The notes under the pieces are model-generated. The model was given only the letters and a program-made list of their open reading frames with translations, did not search any database and was not told the DNA's origin. Both the position numbers and the translations under genes were made by a program. Positions 18,694 to 28,022 of a stretch of 64,000 nucleotides of DNA are shown one piece after another. Position 1 is the first letter of the stretch. Each line of letters begins with the position of its first letter. The DNA is taken from positions 21,595-85,594 of the forward strand of contig JAGTRM010000008.1 of the NCBI GenBank assembly GCA_018261735.1. Direction: 5' to 3'. This stretch comes from Pseudomonadota bacterium. GTDB lineage: Bacteria > Pseudomonadota > Gammaproteobacteria > Burkholderiales > Chitinibacteraceae.

Positions 18694-19221
18694 ATGAAAA
18701 AACGTCTGTTCACTTCCGTGCTGTCGCTGATCGGCCTCGGCGCCGCGCTGCCCGCGTGGAGCGCCGATGCGCAGTTGGAACTCAACCTGCCCGCGGTCCA
18801 GGGCGCGCGCGTCAAGCGCCCCTATGTCGCTGTCTGGCTGGAAAAGGCGGCCAGCCACGACTTTGCCGGGAACATCGCCGTCTGGTACGACATGGCCAAG
18901 CCCAACAATATCGGCGCGACCAAATGGCTGCCCGATCTGCGCAGCTGGTGGCGCATCAGCGGCAGTCAGGCTTCGTTCCCCATCGATGGCGTCTCGGGCG
19001 CGACGCGGCCGGCGGGCGAGCACACAATCAACCTCGGCACATCGCCCGCGCTGAAGAAATTGGCCGCCGGCGAGTATGAGGTCGTGGTGGAAGTCGCGCG
19101 CGAGCACGGCGGGCATGATCTGGTGCGCTTGCCGTTGCAATGGCCGCCGCGCGCCGCCAAGACGACGGAAGCGACCGGCTCGCAGGAACTGGGCCTGGTG
19201 CGGCTGACGACGAAGCCATGA
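18694..19221 (+). CDS. Periplasmic DUF2271-family protein with an FMN-attachment motif
   Basis: Signal peptide ..ALPAWSA. PYVAVWLE.. family signature. DGVSGAT at aa 98-104 (nt 18985-19005). Confidence 0.75.
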   Translation: MKKRLFTSVLSLIGLGAALPAWSADAQLELNLPAVQGARVKRPYVAVWLEKAASHDFAGNIAVWYDMAKPNNIGATKWLPDLRSWWRISGSQASFPIDGVSGATRPAGEHTINLGTSPALKKLAAGEYEVVVEVAREHGGHDLVRLPLQWPPRAAKTTEATGSQELGLVRLTTKP

Positions 19222-20240
19222 ACGCGCCCCAGCTTTCCCTGCCGACGGTTCGCGTCCTGATCCCGAAGCAGATCAATCCGGCCCGTGCGAGGGGCGAAAT
19301 CCGCGTGCTTTCCAGCACCTGCATGGGAACGACGTGGAGCGTTCGCCTTGTGGATGGTGGAGTACTGCCGCCGCCGGAACTGACCGAGCGGATCGCCGCG
19401 CTGCTCGAATGCATCGAAAACCAGATGAGCCACTTCCGCCCGGATTCGGACCTGCGCCGGTTTGCGACCTTGCCGGCCGGCGAAGCGCAGACCTTGCCGG
19501 CCGAGTTCGCCCGGGTGCTGCGCGGCGCGCTCGACGTTGCCCGCCTGAGCGAAGGCGCGTTCGATCCCGCGCTTGCATCGCTGGTCGATGCCTGGGGGTT
19601 TGGCGCCGGACCGCGGTTTTCGCAAGCCGGATTCGTGCCACCTCAGACCGGGGCACTGGCTGAACACACCGCCGGGTGGAAAAAACTCGAAATCGACACG
19701 CAGGATCGGCTCCGGCAACCGGGCGGCGTGGCCTTGAATCTGGCCGCAATTGCCAAGGGCTTCGCGGTCGATGCGGTTTCCGAACACCTCGCGCAATCGG
19801 GCTACCAGAACCATCTGGTCGAGATCGGCGGCGAGCTGCGCGGAGCCGGGTGCAAACCCGATGGTCAGCCCTGGTGGGTGGCGCTGGAGTTGCCCCGCGC
19901 AAACTGCCCGTTGCCGGCAACCCGCATCGCCCTGCATGGGCTTTGCGTCGCGACATCGGGCGATTACCGCCGCAGTTACCGCCTGAATGATCGCCTGATC
20001 CACCACACGCTTGATCCGCGCAGCGGCATGCCGGCGGCGCATGCGCTGTCTTCGGTCACCGTGATCCATCGTGAGTGCATGTACGCCGATGCGTGGGCCA
20101 CGGCCATCATGGTCCTGGGTCACAAGGCGGGGCTTGAGTTGGCAGAGAAAATGAACCTCTGCGCGCTGCTGCAAGGGCAGGATGACGCGGGCAACTGGAC
20201 CGAGGCATCGAGCACGGCATGGACGAACTTACAGCAATAG
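19218..20240 (+). CDS. apbE: FAD:protein FMN transferase (ApbE family)
   Basis: The ATG overlaps the upstream stop (ATGA). ApbE motifs MGTTWSV, DPALASLVDAWGFG, NLAAIAKG and TSGDYRR..HHTLDPRSG. Confidence 0.85.
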   Translation: MNAPQLSLPTVRVLIPKQINPARARGEIRVLSSTCMGTTWSVRLVDGGVLPPPELTERIAALLECIENQMSHFRPDSDLRRFATLPAGEAQTLPAEFARVLRGALDVARLSEGAFDPALASLVDAWGFGAGPRFSQAGFVPPQTGALAEHTAGWKKLEIDTQDRLRQPGGVALNLAAIAKGFAVDAVSEHLAQSGYQNHLVEIGGELRGAGCKPDGQPWWVALELPRANCPLPATRIALHGLCVATSGDYRRSYRLNDRLIHHTLDPRSGMPAAHALSSVTVIHRECMYADAWATAIMVLGHKAGLELAEKMNLCALLQGQDDAGNWTEASSTAWTNLQQ

Positions 20241-21650
20241 GTGATGAACATGTTTGACTTTACCCCTGTCGATGCCGGGCGCTGGATCGCCGCCAGCGGC
20301 ATTGTCGCCAGCTATGCGGCTTTTTGCTGGCACCAGTTTCGCCAGTCAAGGCGTGGCGCGAAGGCTCCCATCACGCAAGGCGTTGCAACCGACACCGAAC
20401 CAATCTTGATCGTCTATGCCAGCCAGAGCGGGCAGGCCGAGGCGATTGCGAAACAGACCGCCCAGGCCCTGTCTGCGGACAACCGGCAAATCCATCTGCG
20501 CCGCATCGAGGAAGACTGGCAGGCAGAGGCTTCCGCCGCCCGCTGCGTGCTGTTCGTGGTCAGCACCTATGGCGAGGGCAGCGCGCCGGACCATGCGCTG
20601 CGCTTTGTTCAAGCCAACCTCGACGCGGGCATCCAGGCCAAGTTGCAAGGCATACGCTACGGCCTGCTGGCTTTGGGCGACAGAAGCTATCCGGCCTTCT
20701 GCGCGTTTGGCCGCCAGCTCGATGCATGGCTGCAAGCATCCGGCGCCCGCCCGCAGTTCGAACGGATTGAAGTGGATCGGCTCGATGCCGAAGCGCTTTC
20801 TTCCTGGCAGCAACAGCTGAGCACGCTGAGCGAGAACGCGCCATCGTCCTGGACTGCCGAGACGCAGGACTATTCGCCCTGGCAGTTTGTCGAACGCCAA
20901 TGCCTGAATGCCGGCAGCCCGGGCAGCCCGATCTTTCTGGTCGTCTTGCAGGCCATTTCCGACGATACCCCGCAATGGCAGGCGGGCGATCTGGTCGATA
21001 TTCTGGTCCCGCAGGGAGACGGGTATCCGCGTGCTTATTCGATTGCCAATCTGCCCACAGATGGCCGGATCGAACTGATCGTGAGAAAGCACATCCGGGA
21101 TAACGGCCAAACCGGGCTCGCTTCGGGCTGGCTGACCGAGCATGCGCAGGTGGGCGATCAGATGGAGCTGAAAATTCGCAGCAACCCGGGCTTCCATCTT
21201 CAGCACGATATTTCGCGCCCGCTGATGCTGATTGGCTCGGGTGCAGGGATCGCCGGCTTGCGTGCGCATTTGCAAGCCCGTGCCAAGGCGATTGAAGAAT
21301 CGGGCAATCCCGCGCCGCAACGCAATGCGTGGCTGTTTTTCGGCGAGCGTTCAGGCAGGCACGACCATCTTTGCAAACTGGAAATTGAGGAGTGGAAGCG
21401 CTCGCAGGTGTTGACCAAGGTGGATATGTCTTTTTCGCGCGATGACCCGGTCACCCCGTATGTGCAGCACAACCTGCTGGCGCGATCCAAGGAAGTCTGC
21501 GAATGGATCGAAAGCGGTGCCCAGATACTGATCTGCGGGAATGCCAAGAAAATGGCGCCCGGCATCGACAAGGCCCTGCGCAGCATCCTCGGCTCGCAGC
21601 AAGTGGATTTACTGATGGCATCGGGGCGGATTCGCCGGGATGTGTTCTAG
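20241..21650 (+). CDS. Membrane-anchored flavodoxin / FAD / NADPH oxidoreductase (sulfite-reductase alpha-like flavoprotein)
   Basis: N-terminal TM helix. Flavodoxin LIVYASQSGQAE, FAD site RAYSIAN, NAD(P) site LIGSGAGIAG. C-terminus ends GRIRRDVF. Confidence 0.85.
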   Translation: MMNMFDFTPVDAGRWIAASGIVASYAAFCWHQFRQSRRGAKAPITQGVATDTEPILIVYASQSGQAEAIAKQTAQALSADNRQIHLRRIEEDWQAEASAARCVLFVVSTYGEGSAPDHALRFVQANLDAGIQAKLQGIRYGLLALGDRSYPAFCAFGRQLDAWLQASGARPQFERIEVDRLDAEALSSWQQQLSTLSENAPSSWTAETQDYSPWQFVERQCLNAGSPGSPIFLVVLQAISDDTPQWQAGDLVDILVPQGDGYPRAYSIANLPTDGRIELIVRKHIRDNGQTGLASGWLTEHAQVGDQMELKIRSNPGFHLQHDISRPLMLIGSGAGIAGLRAHLQARAKAIEESGNPAPQRNAWLFFGERSGRHDHLCKLEIEEWKRSQVLTKVDMSFSRDDPVTPYVQHNLLARSKEVCEWIESGAQILICGNAKKMAPGIDKALRSILGSQQVDLLMASGRIRRDVF

Positions 21651-21725
21651 GCATGGTGGGGGGACCGGTCATGGCGCAGGATGGCGCGATAGGCATCGCG
21701 CATCCAGCCCATGGTTTGCTTTCAA

Positions 21726-21926
21726 CTAGCTCAACGGGCGGAGATCGATGACTTCGATTTTGGTGAATCCAAACACCTTGGAGATGTATTTGCCATAAAT
21801 CTCCATCGTGGTCTTGTCCCTGATCGGGGTATTGGCAGGCCAGTGCCAATGCTTGTGGTCGATTTCAACCAGCACCCTGCCGGTGCCGTGGCTGAACCCG
21901 TAGAGCTGTCCACCCGTTTCATCTGT
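21726..21926 (-). pseudogene. Possible C-terminal remnant of a class I SAM-methyltransferase
   Basis: A frame without a start codon reads TDETGGQLYGFSHGTGRVLVEIDHKHWHWPANTPIRDKTTMEIYGKYISKVFGFTKIEVIDLRPLS. This resembles only the C-terminal end of a methyltransferase fold. Confidence 0.3.
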
Positions 21927-22467
21927 TCATGCGCAATTCCCAAACTGTGGCAGGTGGCAGGTTGGCCCAGACGTTGGCGGTCTTCTTCCAGTAGAGATTG
22001 CCATGAGAAGGCGTGAATGGCGGGCTGTTGAAGTAGGTGTACTGAATCAGTTTACGGCCGGGTGATGCGTGCAGGATGTCGCAAATGGCATGCACGGTAT
22101 TGCTATGCAATTCATCAGAAATGGATTTGAAGGGAATCGATGAAACAATAATCAGATTCTCCGGAAGTTCTTCCAGCTGCTTTACCGTGTCATGAAAAAA
22201 ACCTTCCAGTACCCAGGCTTCCCCGAACTGATATCGGAGCTGCCTGGCCAGTTGCTGATCCTGTTCGAAAAGAACAAGCGGTGCGCCATTCGATCTGTTG
22301 GGTATATATCGGGTAATTGCACCGCTTCCTGCGCCTATTTCCAATACAGTGGATTCATTATCGATCCGTGCGGTCATCGCTCTGGCAAGTGATGGCGAAG
22401 AGGGCGTAATGGCGCCGATCGATTTGGGATCTGCCAGAAAGCGTCTGAAAAGGTGAAGCATTGGCAC
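21919..22467 (-). CDS. Class I SAM-dependent methyltransferase (phospholipid N-methyltransferase / COG3963-like)
   Basis: FLADPKSIGAITPSSPSLA and VLEIGAGSGAITRYI (motif I). VWANLPPATVW near the C-terminus. Confidence 0.8.
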   Translation of the reverse strand: MPMLHLFRRFLADPKSIGAITPSSPSLARAMTARIDNESTVLEIGAGSGAITRYIPNRSNGAPLVLFEQDQQLARQLRYQFGEAWVLEGFFHDTVKQLEELPENLIIVSSIPFKSISDELHSNTVHAICDILHASPGRKLIQYTYFNSPPFTPSHGNLYWKKTANVWANLPPATVWELRMNR

Positions 22468-22863
22468 GGCTCCTTCAGGATTTTTCCATTATCGATTGAA
22501 TTGGACATGCGAATGTCCGATCGCTGGTAATTGGCCTGAGTCCTGCTGCTATGTCTTCAGTATTTTGGACCTGTCTCGTATCTTGTTCCTAGTATTTTTG
22601 GACAGAAGGAATGTCTTCACAGATGGGGAGACGACGGGATACCGGTTTCCCCTTGCTCGAATTGATTAAGTGACGTGCGTGATGAATCGCACCGAATCAA
22701 CAGCAATTGTAGATGGGTGAATCTGAATGCAGGCTGAATGGTGCAGGTTGCCACGACGGACTTGCGCTGGCGCATTGTTCATCCTTCGTTCATTTCCGGC
22801 TTGTCACAATGCAAGCTGTTTCATTGCTGATGCGCGATACCGCCGTGCACGCTAAATGGTTGA

Positions 22864-23060
22864 CGCCGTATGTCCAGCACAATCTGTTGGCGCAATCCAG
22901 GGAGGGGTGCGAATGGATCAAGCAGGGTGCCCAGATCCTGATCTGCGGGAATACCCACAAAATTCCGCCCGGGGTTGATAAAGCCCTGCGCCGCATGCTG
23001 GGTTCAGAACAAGTGGATCTGCTTTTTTGAATCAGGACGGATTCGCCGTGATGTGTTCTG
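22864..23060 (+). pseudogene. Diverged duplicate of the 3' end of the flavoprotein gene
   Basis: TPYVQHNLLAQSREGCEWIKQGAQILICGN..VDKALRRMLGSEQVDLL aligns with the last ~65 aa of the 20241..21650 product. About 80% nucleotide identity, with a frameshift before the final RIRRDVF-equivalent. Confidence 0.75.
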
Positions 23061-23105
23061 AACGCCAGGTTCTGCTGATTCGGCCTGACCATGTTCGATT
23101 TCGTC

Positions 23106-23150
23106 GCCCCGGTGTACCCCAAGTATTTCCTTCGGGGCACAAGCCGGGGC
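23106..23150. repeat. Long imperfect hairpin related to the internal repeat of the 2-233 element
   Basis: GCCCCGGTGTACCCCAAGTATTTCCTTCGGGGCACAAGCCGGGGC. The core ACCCCAAG..TTCCTNCGGGGC matches 86-112 and 143-169. Confidence 0.35.
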
Positions 23151-23200
23151 CCGGCGGCGTCCGCCGGCAGAACAGCAATTTCACCTGGCCGGATCAATAG

Positions 23201-23761
23201 TCACCGCTTGAACCTGCGCACCAGGGCACAGCAAAACAGCCCGATACTGAGAAGAACCAGCCCTGCAGGCTCTGGCACAGCAGCAGGTGCTGCCGTGATT
23301 GGCGGATCCACCGCCTCTAGAGTCGAACGTACAAGCTGAAAATTGCCCGTTGCTGCGCTGACAGTAATATCGAGCAGGCCATCGTCATCCAGATCAGACA
23401 AAGCGCCTACAAGATCGATGTCATAGGCATGCCCCTGCGATCCATTATTGATGTTCTGGTCGTTGAATATCTGGGAAGAACCTTCGCTGCCGATCAGGAA
23501 ACTAAAGGTCTCGTTCCCTTTGTTCAAAAAATCGAGCAGCTCAATGGTCAGAAGTGCCGATTCAATACTCATTCCACTCTCAGGATCGTAGCCCGAGTCC
23601 GTGATGTCATGAGTCCAGGTAAAGGGTGAGGAATTTGATATGGTAATCGGGCTGGCAGACCAGTCTTTTATATCGGTCAAAATAATATTCGCAGCCGCCG
23701 CGGTTCCAATCGATGAAGCCAGCGCGAAACCAATCACTGCCTTTTTCACAAGATTAGTCAT
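23201..23761 (-). CDS. PEP-CTERM sorting-signal protein (exosortase substrate)
   Basis: Trimmed to MTNLVKKAVIGFALASS (signal peptide, ATG 23761). The C-terminus AVPEPAGLVLLSIGLFCCALVRRFKR is a canonical PEP-CTERM anchor. Confidence 0.75.
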   Translation of the reverse strand: MTNLVKKAVIGFALASSIGTAAAANIILTDIKDWSASPITISNSSPFTWTHDITDSGYDPESGMSIESALLTIELLDFLNKGNETFSFLIGSEGSSQIFNDQNINNGSQGHAYDIDLVGALSDLDDDGLLDITVSAATGNFQLVRSTLEAVDPPITAAPAAVPEPAGLVLLSIGLFCCALVRRFKR

Positions 23762-24103
23762 GATATTCCCCTGTAAATTTAGAATTATTTTTACTGGGGC
23801 CAACACTGCGTCCTTGTTTTTATTCAGCCAGCAAACTCTGCGCCACAGTGCCGCGCATGGCTCGGACGGAAATGCCCCTAATTGTTTCCACCCCTTTACA
23901 AGCAATATTTGCGCCACAAAATAATAACACTTATAAAACAATATGTTGCAGCGATGGGATTTAACCCTACTCATCGTACTGTAAAAAAAACCAACACTCC
24001 TAGCAAAGCAGGTGGGATTCGGCCATGACCGATAAACCAACCGGCAATCAGTGTGTCGTTGTGCGGCTTCCAAGAAGCACGGTGTGATTCAAAAATAGCC
24101 ACA

Positions 24104-26263
24104 TCAATCCTGGCGGTGGAGCGCAGCCTGGCTGCTCCAGGCTAAATCGGGGAGCCAGGCAGCCGCCCAGCCGGGGAAATCGGCGGCCGGCATCGGTCGC
24201 GCAATGCCGAAGCCCTGGGCCAGTTCGCAGCCGAGTTGCAGGAGCAGTTCGCCGTGCCCGACCGTCTCCACCCCTTCGGCGATGATCTGGCGATGCAACG
24301 CCACCGCCAAACTAAGCACCCCTTCCAGCAGGGCCCGGTCATCCGGGTTATCCAGCTTGTCGCACATGAAGCTCTGATCGAGCTTTAACTTGTTAACCGG
24401 CAGACGTTTCAGGTAGGTCAAGGAGGAGTAGCCCGTACCAAAGTCGTCGAGGGCGAAGCTCACCCCGCTCTCGCGACACTCCTCGATGATCTGAGTGACT
24501 TTGGACAGGTCTTCCAGTGCGCTGGATTCCAACACTTCCAGCTGCAGATCGCCCGGCCGGACAGCCGGGTGTTTCTTCAGGATTTCACGCAAACGCTTGA
24601 CGAAGTCCGCTTGCTCCAGCTGGTAGGCCCCGATATTGACGCTCACCGGAATATTCAGCCCGGCCGAATGCCAGATTTCCATTTGGGCCATGGCCTTGTT
24701 GATGACCCATTCACCGATTTTAATCGCGAGCGGATGTTGCTCGATCAGCGGCAGGAAGACCTCCGGCAACAACAGCCCTCTTTCAGGATGTTGCCAGCGG
24801 ATCAGGGCTTCGGCGCCGATCATCTCGCCCGTGCGCATATTGACCTTGGGCTGGTAGTAGAGCACGAATTCGTCGTTATTCAGGGCTTGGCGGATGCGCT
24901 CCAGGCTTTCGTGATATCCCCGGGCGCTGCGATCCAGCGCGGCATCGAAAAGATGGAACCGATTCTTGCCGATCAACTTGGCCTGATACATGGCCTGGTC
25001 GGCCTGGCGCAACAGTTGGTCAGCATCCACTTCTTCCGCCTGCGGGTAGTAGGTAACACCCAGGCTGGCCGAAACATGGAGCGTGAGGTCGCCAAACGGA
25101 ACCGGTTCAGCGGCAGCAACGAGCATGCGGTTAAGGATGGATACCGCGGCTTCGGTATCCGCCAGATCGGGCAGCACGGCAACGAATTCGTCGCCGCCGA
25201 TGCGGGCGAGCGTATCCCCCTCGCGCAGGGTCTGCTTGATGCGTTTCGCCAAGGCAATCAGCAACTGGTCGCCGGCTTCGTGCCCATGCCTGTCGTTAAC
25301 GGCCTTGAAACCGTCAAGATCGAGAAACACCACCGCCAGTTGTTGTCCGCGCCGAGTGATCTGGGCCATGGCCTGGCGCAGGCGATCGGCCAACAGCACA
25401 CGGTTGGGCAGCGTAGTCAGTGCGTCGTAGTGGGCGATATGCTCCAGCTCGCGCTCGTGCGCCTTGAGCGAAGTGACATCGGAGAACAAGGCCACGTACT
25501 GCCGGGTATTCCCTTGAGGCTCCCGTACCGCACTGATGGTCAGCATCACGGCGTATTCTTCGCCGTTCTTGTGCCGGTTCCAGATTTCGCCGTCCCAATG
25601 TCCCTTTTCGGCCAGAGCTTGCCACATGGCCGAGCAATACTCCTGGTCCGGGGGGGCGAAGCTGAACAGACGCAGGTTGTGGCCCAGAACTTCGTCACGG
25701 CAGTAGCCTGTGATGCGGCTGAACGTGTCATTGACATCAATGATCGTGCCGTCTGCATCCGTAATCATAATGCCTTCGCGGGCATGTGTGAAAACGCTGG
25801 CCGCAAGCTGGAGCTTTTCTTCTGCCACTTTCCGTTCGGTAATATCGCGGATGATGCATTGAATGACCTTGATGCCCTCGCATTCATAGGAATTGCAGAC
25901 GAACTCGACCTCGATCTCTTTTCCTTGCAAGGTTCTGAGCGGAAGGTTCTCGTGGCGGATATAACCGTTTGCCTGCAGCTCCGCGAACATTTCCTTGCTC
26001 GGTGCAATGTCAGCGAACGGCCCGACCTCCCACAGTTTCTTGTTCAGAAACTCATCATGCGAATAGCCAAGCATCTTGACCAGAGAGGGATTGACGTCTT
26101 CGATTTGCCCGGTATCGGCATTGAGCAGGAGAATTCCGTCCTCCGCGGTTTCAAATAGTCGGCGGTAACGGCTTTCGGAAATCCGAAGGGCAACATCCTC
26201 AAGGTTGGCTGCCGCATCGGTAGGGCGTCCGGGGGACGGAGAGTTCTTCATGGCGAATGTCAC
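24104..26263 (-). CDS. PAS/PAC-GGDEF-EAL signalling protein
   Basis: Two PAS/PAC modules, RIGGDEF, and an EAL domain (QLEVLES .. DDFGTGYSSL). Confidence 0.9.
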   Translation of the reverse strand: MTFAMKNSPSPGRPTDAAANLEDVALRISESRYRRLFETAEDGILLLNADTGQIEDVNPSLVKMLGYSHDEFLNKKLWEVGPFADIAPSKEMFAELQANGYIRHENLPLRTLQGKEIEVEFVCNSYECEGIKVIQCIIRDITERKVAEEKLQLAASVFTHAREGIMITDADGTIIDVNDTFSRITGYCRDEVLGHNLRLFSFAPPDQEYCSAMWQALAEKGHWDGEIWNRHKNGEEYAVMLTISAVREPQGNTRQYVALFSDVTSLKAHERELEHIAHYDALTTLPNRVLLADRLRQAMAQITRRGQQLAVVFLDLDGFKAVNDRHGHEAGDQLLIALAKRIKQTLREGDTLARIGGDEFVAVLPDLADTEAAVSILNRMLVAAAEPVPFGDLTLHVSASLGVTYYPQAEEVDADQLLRQADQAMYQAKLIGKNRFHLFDAALDRSARGYHESLERIRQALNNDEFVLYYQPKVNMRTGEMIGAEALIRWQHPERGLLLPEVFLPLIEQHPLAIKIGEWVINKAMAQMEIWHSAGLNIPVSVNIGAYQLEQADFVKRLREILKKHPAVRPGDLQLEVLESSALEDLSKVTQIIEECRESGVSFALDDFGTGYSSLTYLKRLPVNKLKLDQSFMCDKLDNPDDRALLEGVLSLAVALHRQIIAEGVETVGHGELLLQLGCELAQGFGIARPMPAADFPGWAAAWLPDLAWSSQAALHRQD

Positions 26264-26777
26264 CTCTAATGTAGTGCAGCGCCCTTGATGGAACTTATTG
26301 ATCCGGCCTATGTTTCAGATAGCGTAAAACACTACACATAGCAGGTGCTGAAGATACTCTGTTTAGACCATAGGCCCCCCCTGCGAGCCAAGGAAAGGCG
26401 AAGGGAGCTGACGAAAGTGCGTTTGCACGGCCTCAAGAGGTTTCCTGTCCCCAGGTTAAAGATTGAGCAGCGCTTCGTCCGTCACATTTCGAACGATCCT
26501 GCCGATACATCCATTTCAGCCAGCGTCAGTGACTCTCCCCCGCCCCGAAGTCCAGGCTGATTTTTGAACCGACCGGTTGCCCGCAAGGTCATAAGCGTTA
26601 CTCAGCGACGGAAATGCCTTGAAATCCTTGCGCTGCAAACGTCAGATCCAAATCCATGTGCGCTAACGAACAGATGTTTGCGATCCCGGGAGTGATACTG
26701 AAAATTGGGGCGTGGCATTAAGCCGGAATCCGCAGCCGTGCCTTTAAGTTGAAGGCAATTCATAGAAGGAAATTGAA

Positions 26778-27968
26778 ATGCAACTTGGTATCCTCGATCC
26801 CCCTTGGTGGGCTTATTTGCTGATCACGCTCGCCCTGACCCATATCACCATTGCGGCAGTCACCATCTATCTTCACCGCCACCAGGCGCACCGGGCGGTC
26901 GAACTGCATCCCCTCGTCAGCCATTTCTTCCGCTTCTGGCTGTGGCTCACCACCGGCATGGTCACCCGGGAATGGGTGGCGATTCATCGCAAGCACCATG
27001 TCAGGAGCGATTTGGCAGGAGACCCCCACAGCCCGCAGGTCTTCGGTATCCGCAAAGTCCTGTTCGACGGCGTCGATCTCTATCGGCGGGAAACCAGGAA
27101 CAGCGCGACACTGGAGCAATACGGCAAGAGCACGCCCGACGACTTCATCGAACGCAAGCTCTATGCGCGGCCTTTGCCTTACGGTCTCGGCCTGATGCTG
27201 GTGATCGATGTCGCCCTGTTCGGCCCCATCGGGCTCAGCATGTGGGCCGTGCAGATGCTATGGATTCCGTTTTTTGCCGCCGGCGTGATCAACGGCGTTG
27301 GCCATTACTGGGGCTACCGGAATTTCGCACCGACCGATGCCTCCCGCAACATCGTTCCCTGGGGTGTGCTGATCGGGGGCGAGGAGCTGCACAACAACCA
27401 CCATGCCTACGCCACCTCAGCCCGCTTCTCGAATCGCTGGTGGGAATTCGATATCGGCTGGCTGTACATCTGCCTGCTGGCGCAGCTGCATCTGGCCCGG
27501 GTAAAGAAAGTTGCACCGCGGGTGTGTCACAACCCGTCCAAGATACGCTGCGACGCGGATACATTGCGGGCGGTTATCACCCACCGCTACGACGTGCTGG
27601 CCCGTTTCGGCAGGTCCGTACAGCGGACCGCAATGGAAGAAATTCGCAGGCTGTGCGCCGCGATGCCGGAATTCAGAAATTCCCGGATGCGGCACGTGAT
27701 CAGACACTGGCTGCAAAGGGATGCCTTGACCTTGCCGGCGAAAGAGCGCGTTGCGCTGGAACAAGCACTGCATTCCAGCCCGGTATTGAACACCATCGAT
27801 GCCATGCGGCAGGAACTTGCTGCACTGTTGAGCCGATCCAGCGTCACAACAGAACAATTGGTGAAGCAGCTGGAAGACTGGTGCCGGCGTGCCGAGGCCA
27901 GCGGTATCGGCGCGCTGCGGGAGTTTTCCCGCACGTTGCGCGGTTACGACCTGCCCCAGAGGATGTGA
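26778..27968 (+). CDS. Membrane acyl-lipid/acyl-CoA delta-9 fatty acid desaturase
   Basis: Three His boxes: HRHQAH, HRKHH, HNNHH. Four N-terminal TM segments. Confidence 0.85.
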   Translation: MQLGILDPPWWAYLLITLALTHITIAAVTIYLHRHQAHRAVELHPLVSHFFRFWLWLTTGMVTREWVAIHRKHHVRSDLAGDPHSPQVFGIRKVLFDGVDLYRRETRNSATLEQYGKSTPDDFIERKLYARPLPYGLGLMLVIDVALFGPIGLSMWAVQMLWIPFFAAGVINGVGHYWGYRNFAPTDASRNIVPWGVLIGGEELHNNHHAYATSARFSNRWWEFDIGWLYICLLAQLHLARVKKVAPRVCHNPSKIRCDADTLRAVITHRYDVLARFGRSVQRTAMEEIRRLCAAMPEFRNSRMRHVIRHWLQRDALTLPAKERVALEQALHSSPVLNTIDAMRQELAALLSRSSVTTEQLVKQLEDWCRRAEASGIGALREFSRTLRGYDLPQRM

Positions 27969-28022
27969 GAGCTGGACTATGTTTTGAAGGTCGAGAGTGA
28001 AATTACTGGCGGGTGAAGTGTC

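Noticed and set aside
18966-20174. 402-aa ORF antisense to apbE, and similar antisense or alternate-frame ORFs (24569..26158, 26804..28000, 54523..55611, 59201..60019, 62477..63523, 8536..9414)
   Set aside because: Each overlaps a gene with clear family motifs on the other strand or frame. All have biased Arg/Ala/Gly/Pro composition.
22713-23030. 105-aa ORF as a real gene
   Set aside because: Only its second half resembles anything, namely the flavoprotein C-terminus. It is a gene-end remnant with a frameshift and is annotated as a pseudogene fragment instead.
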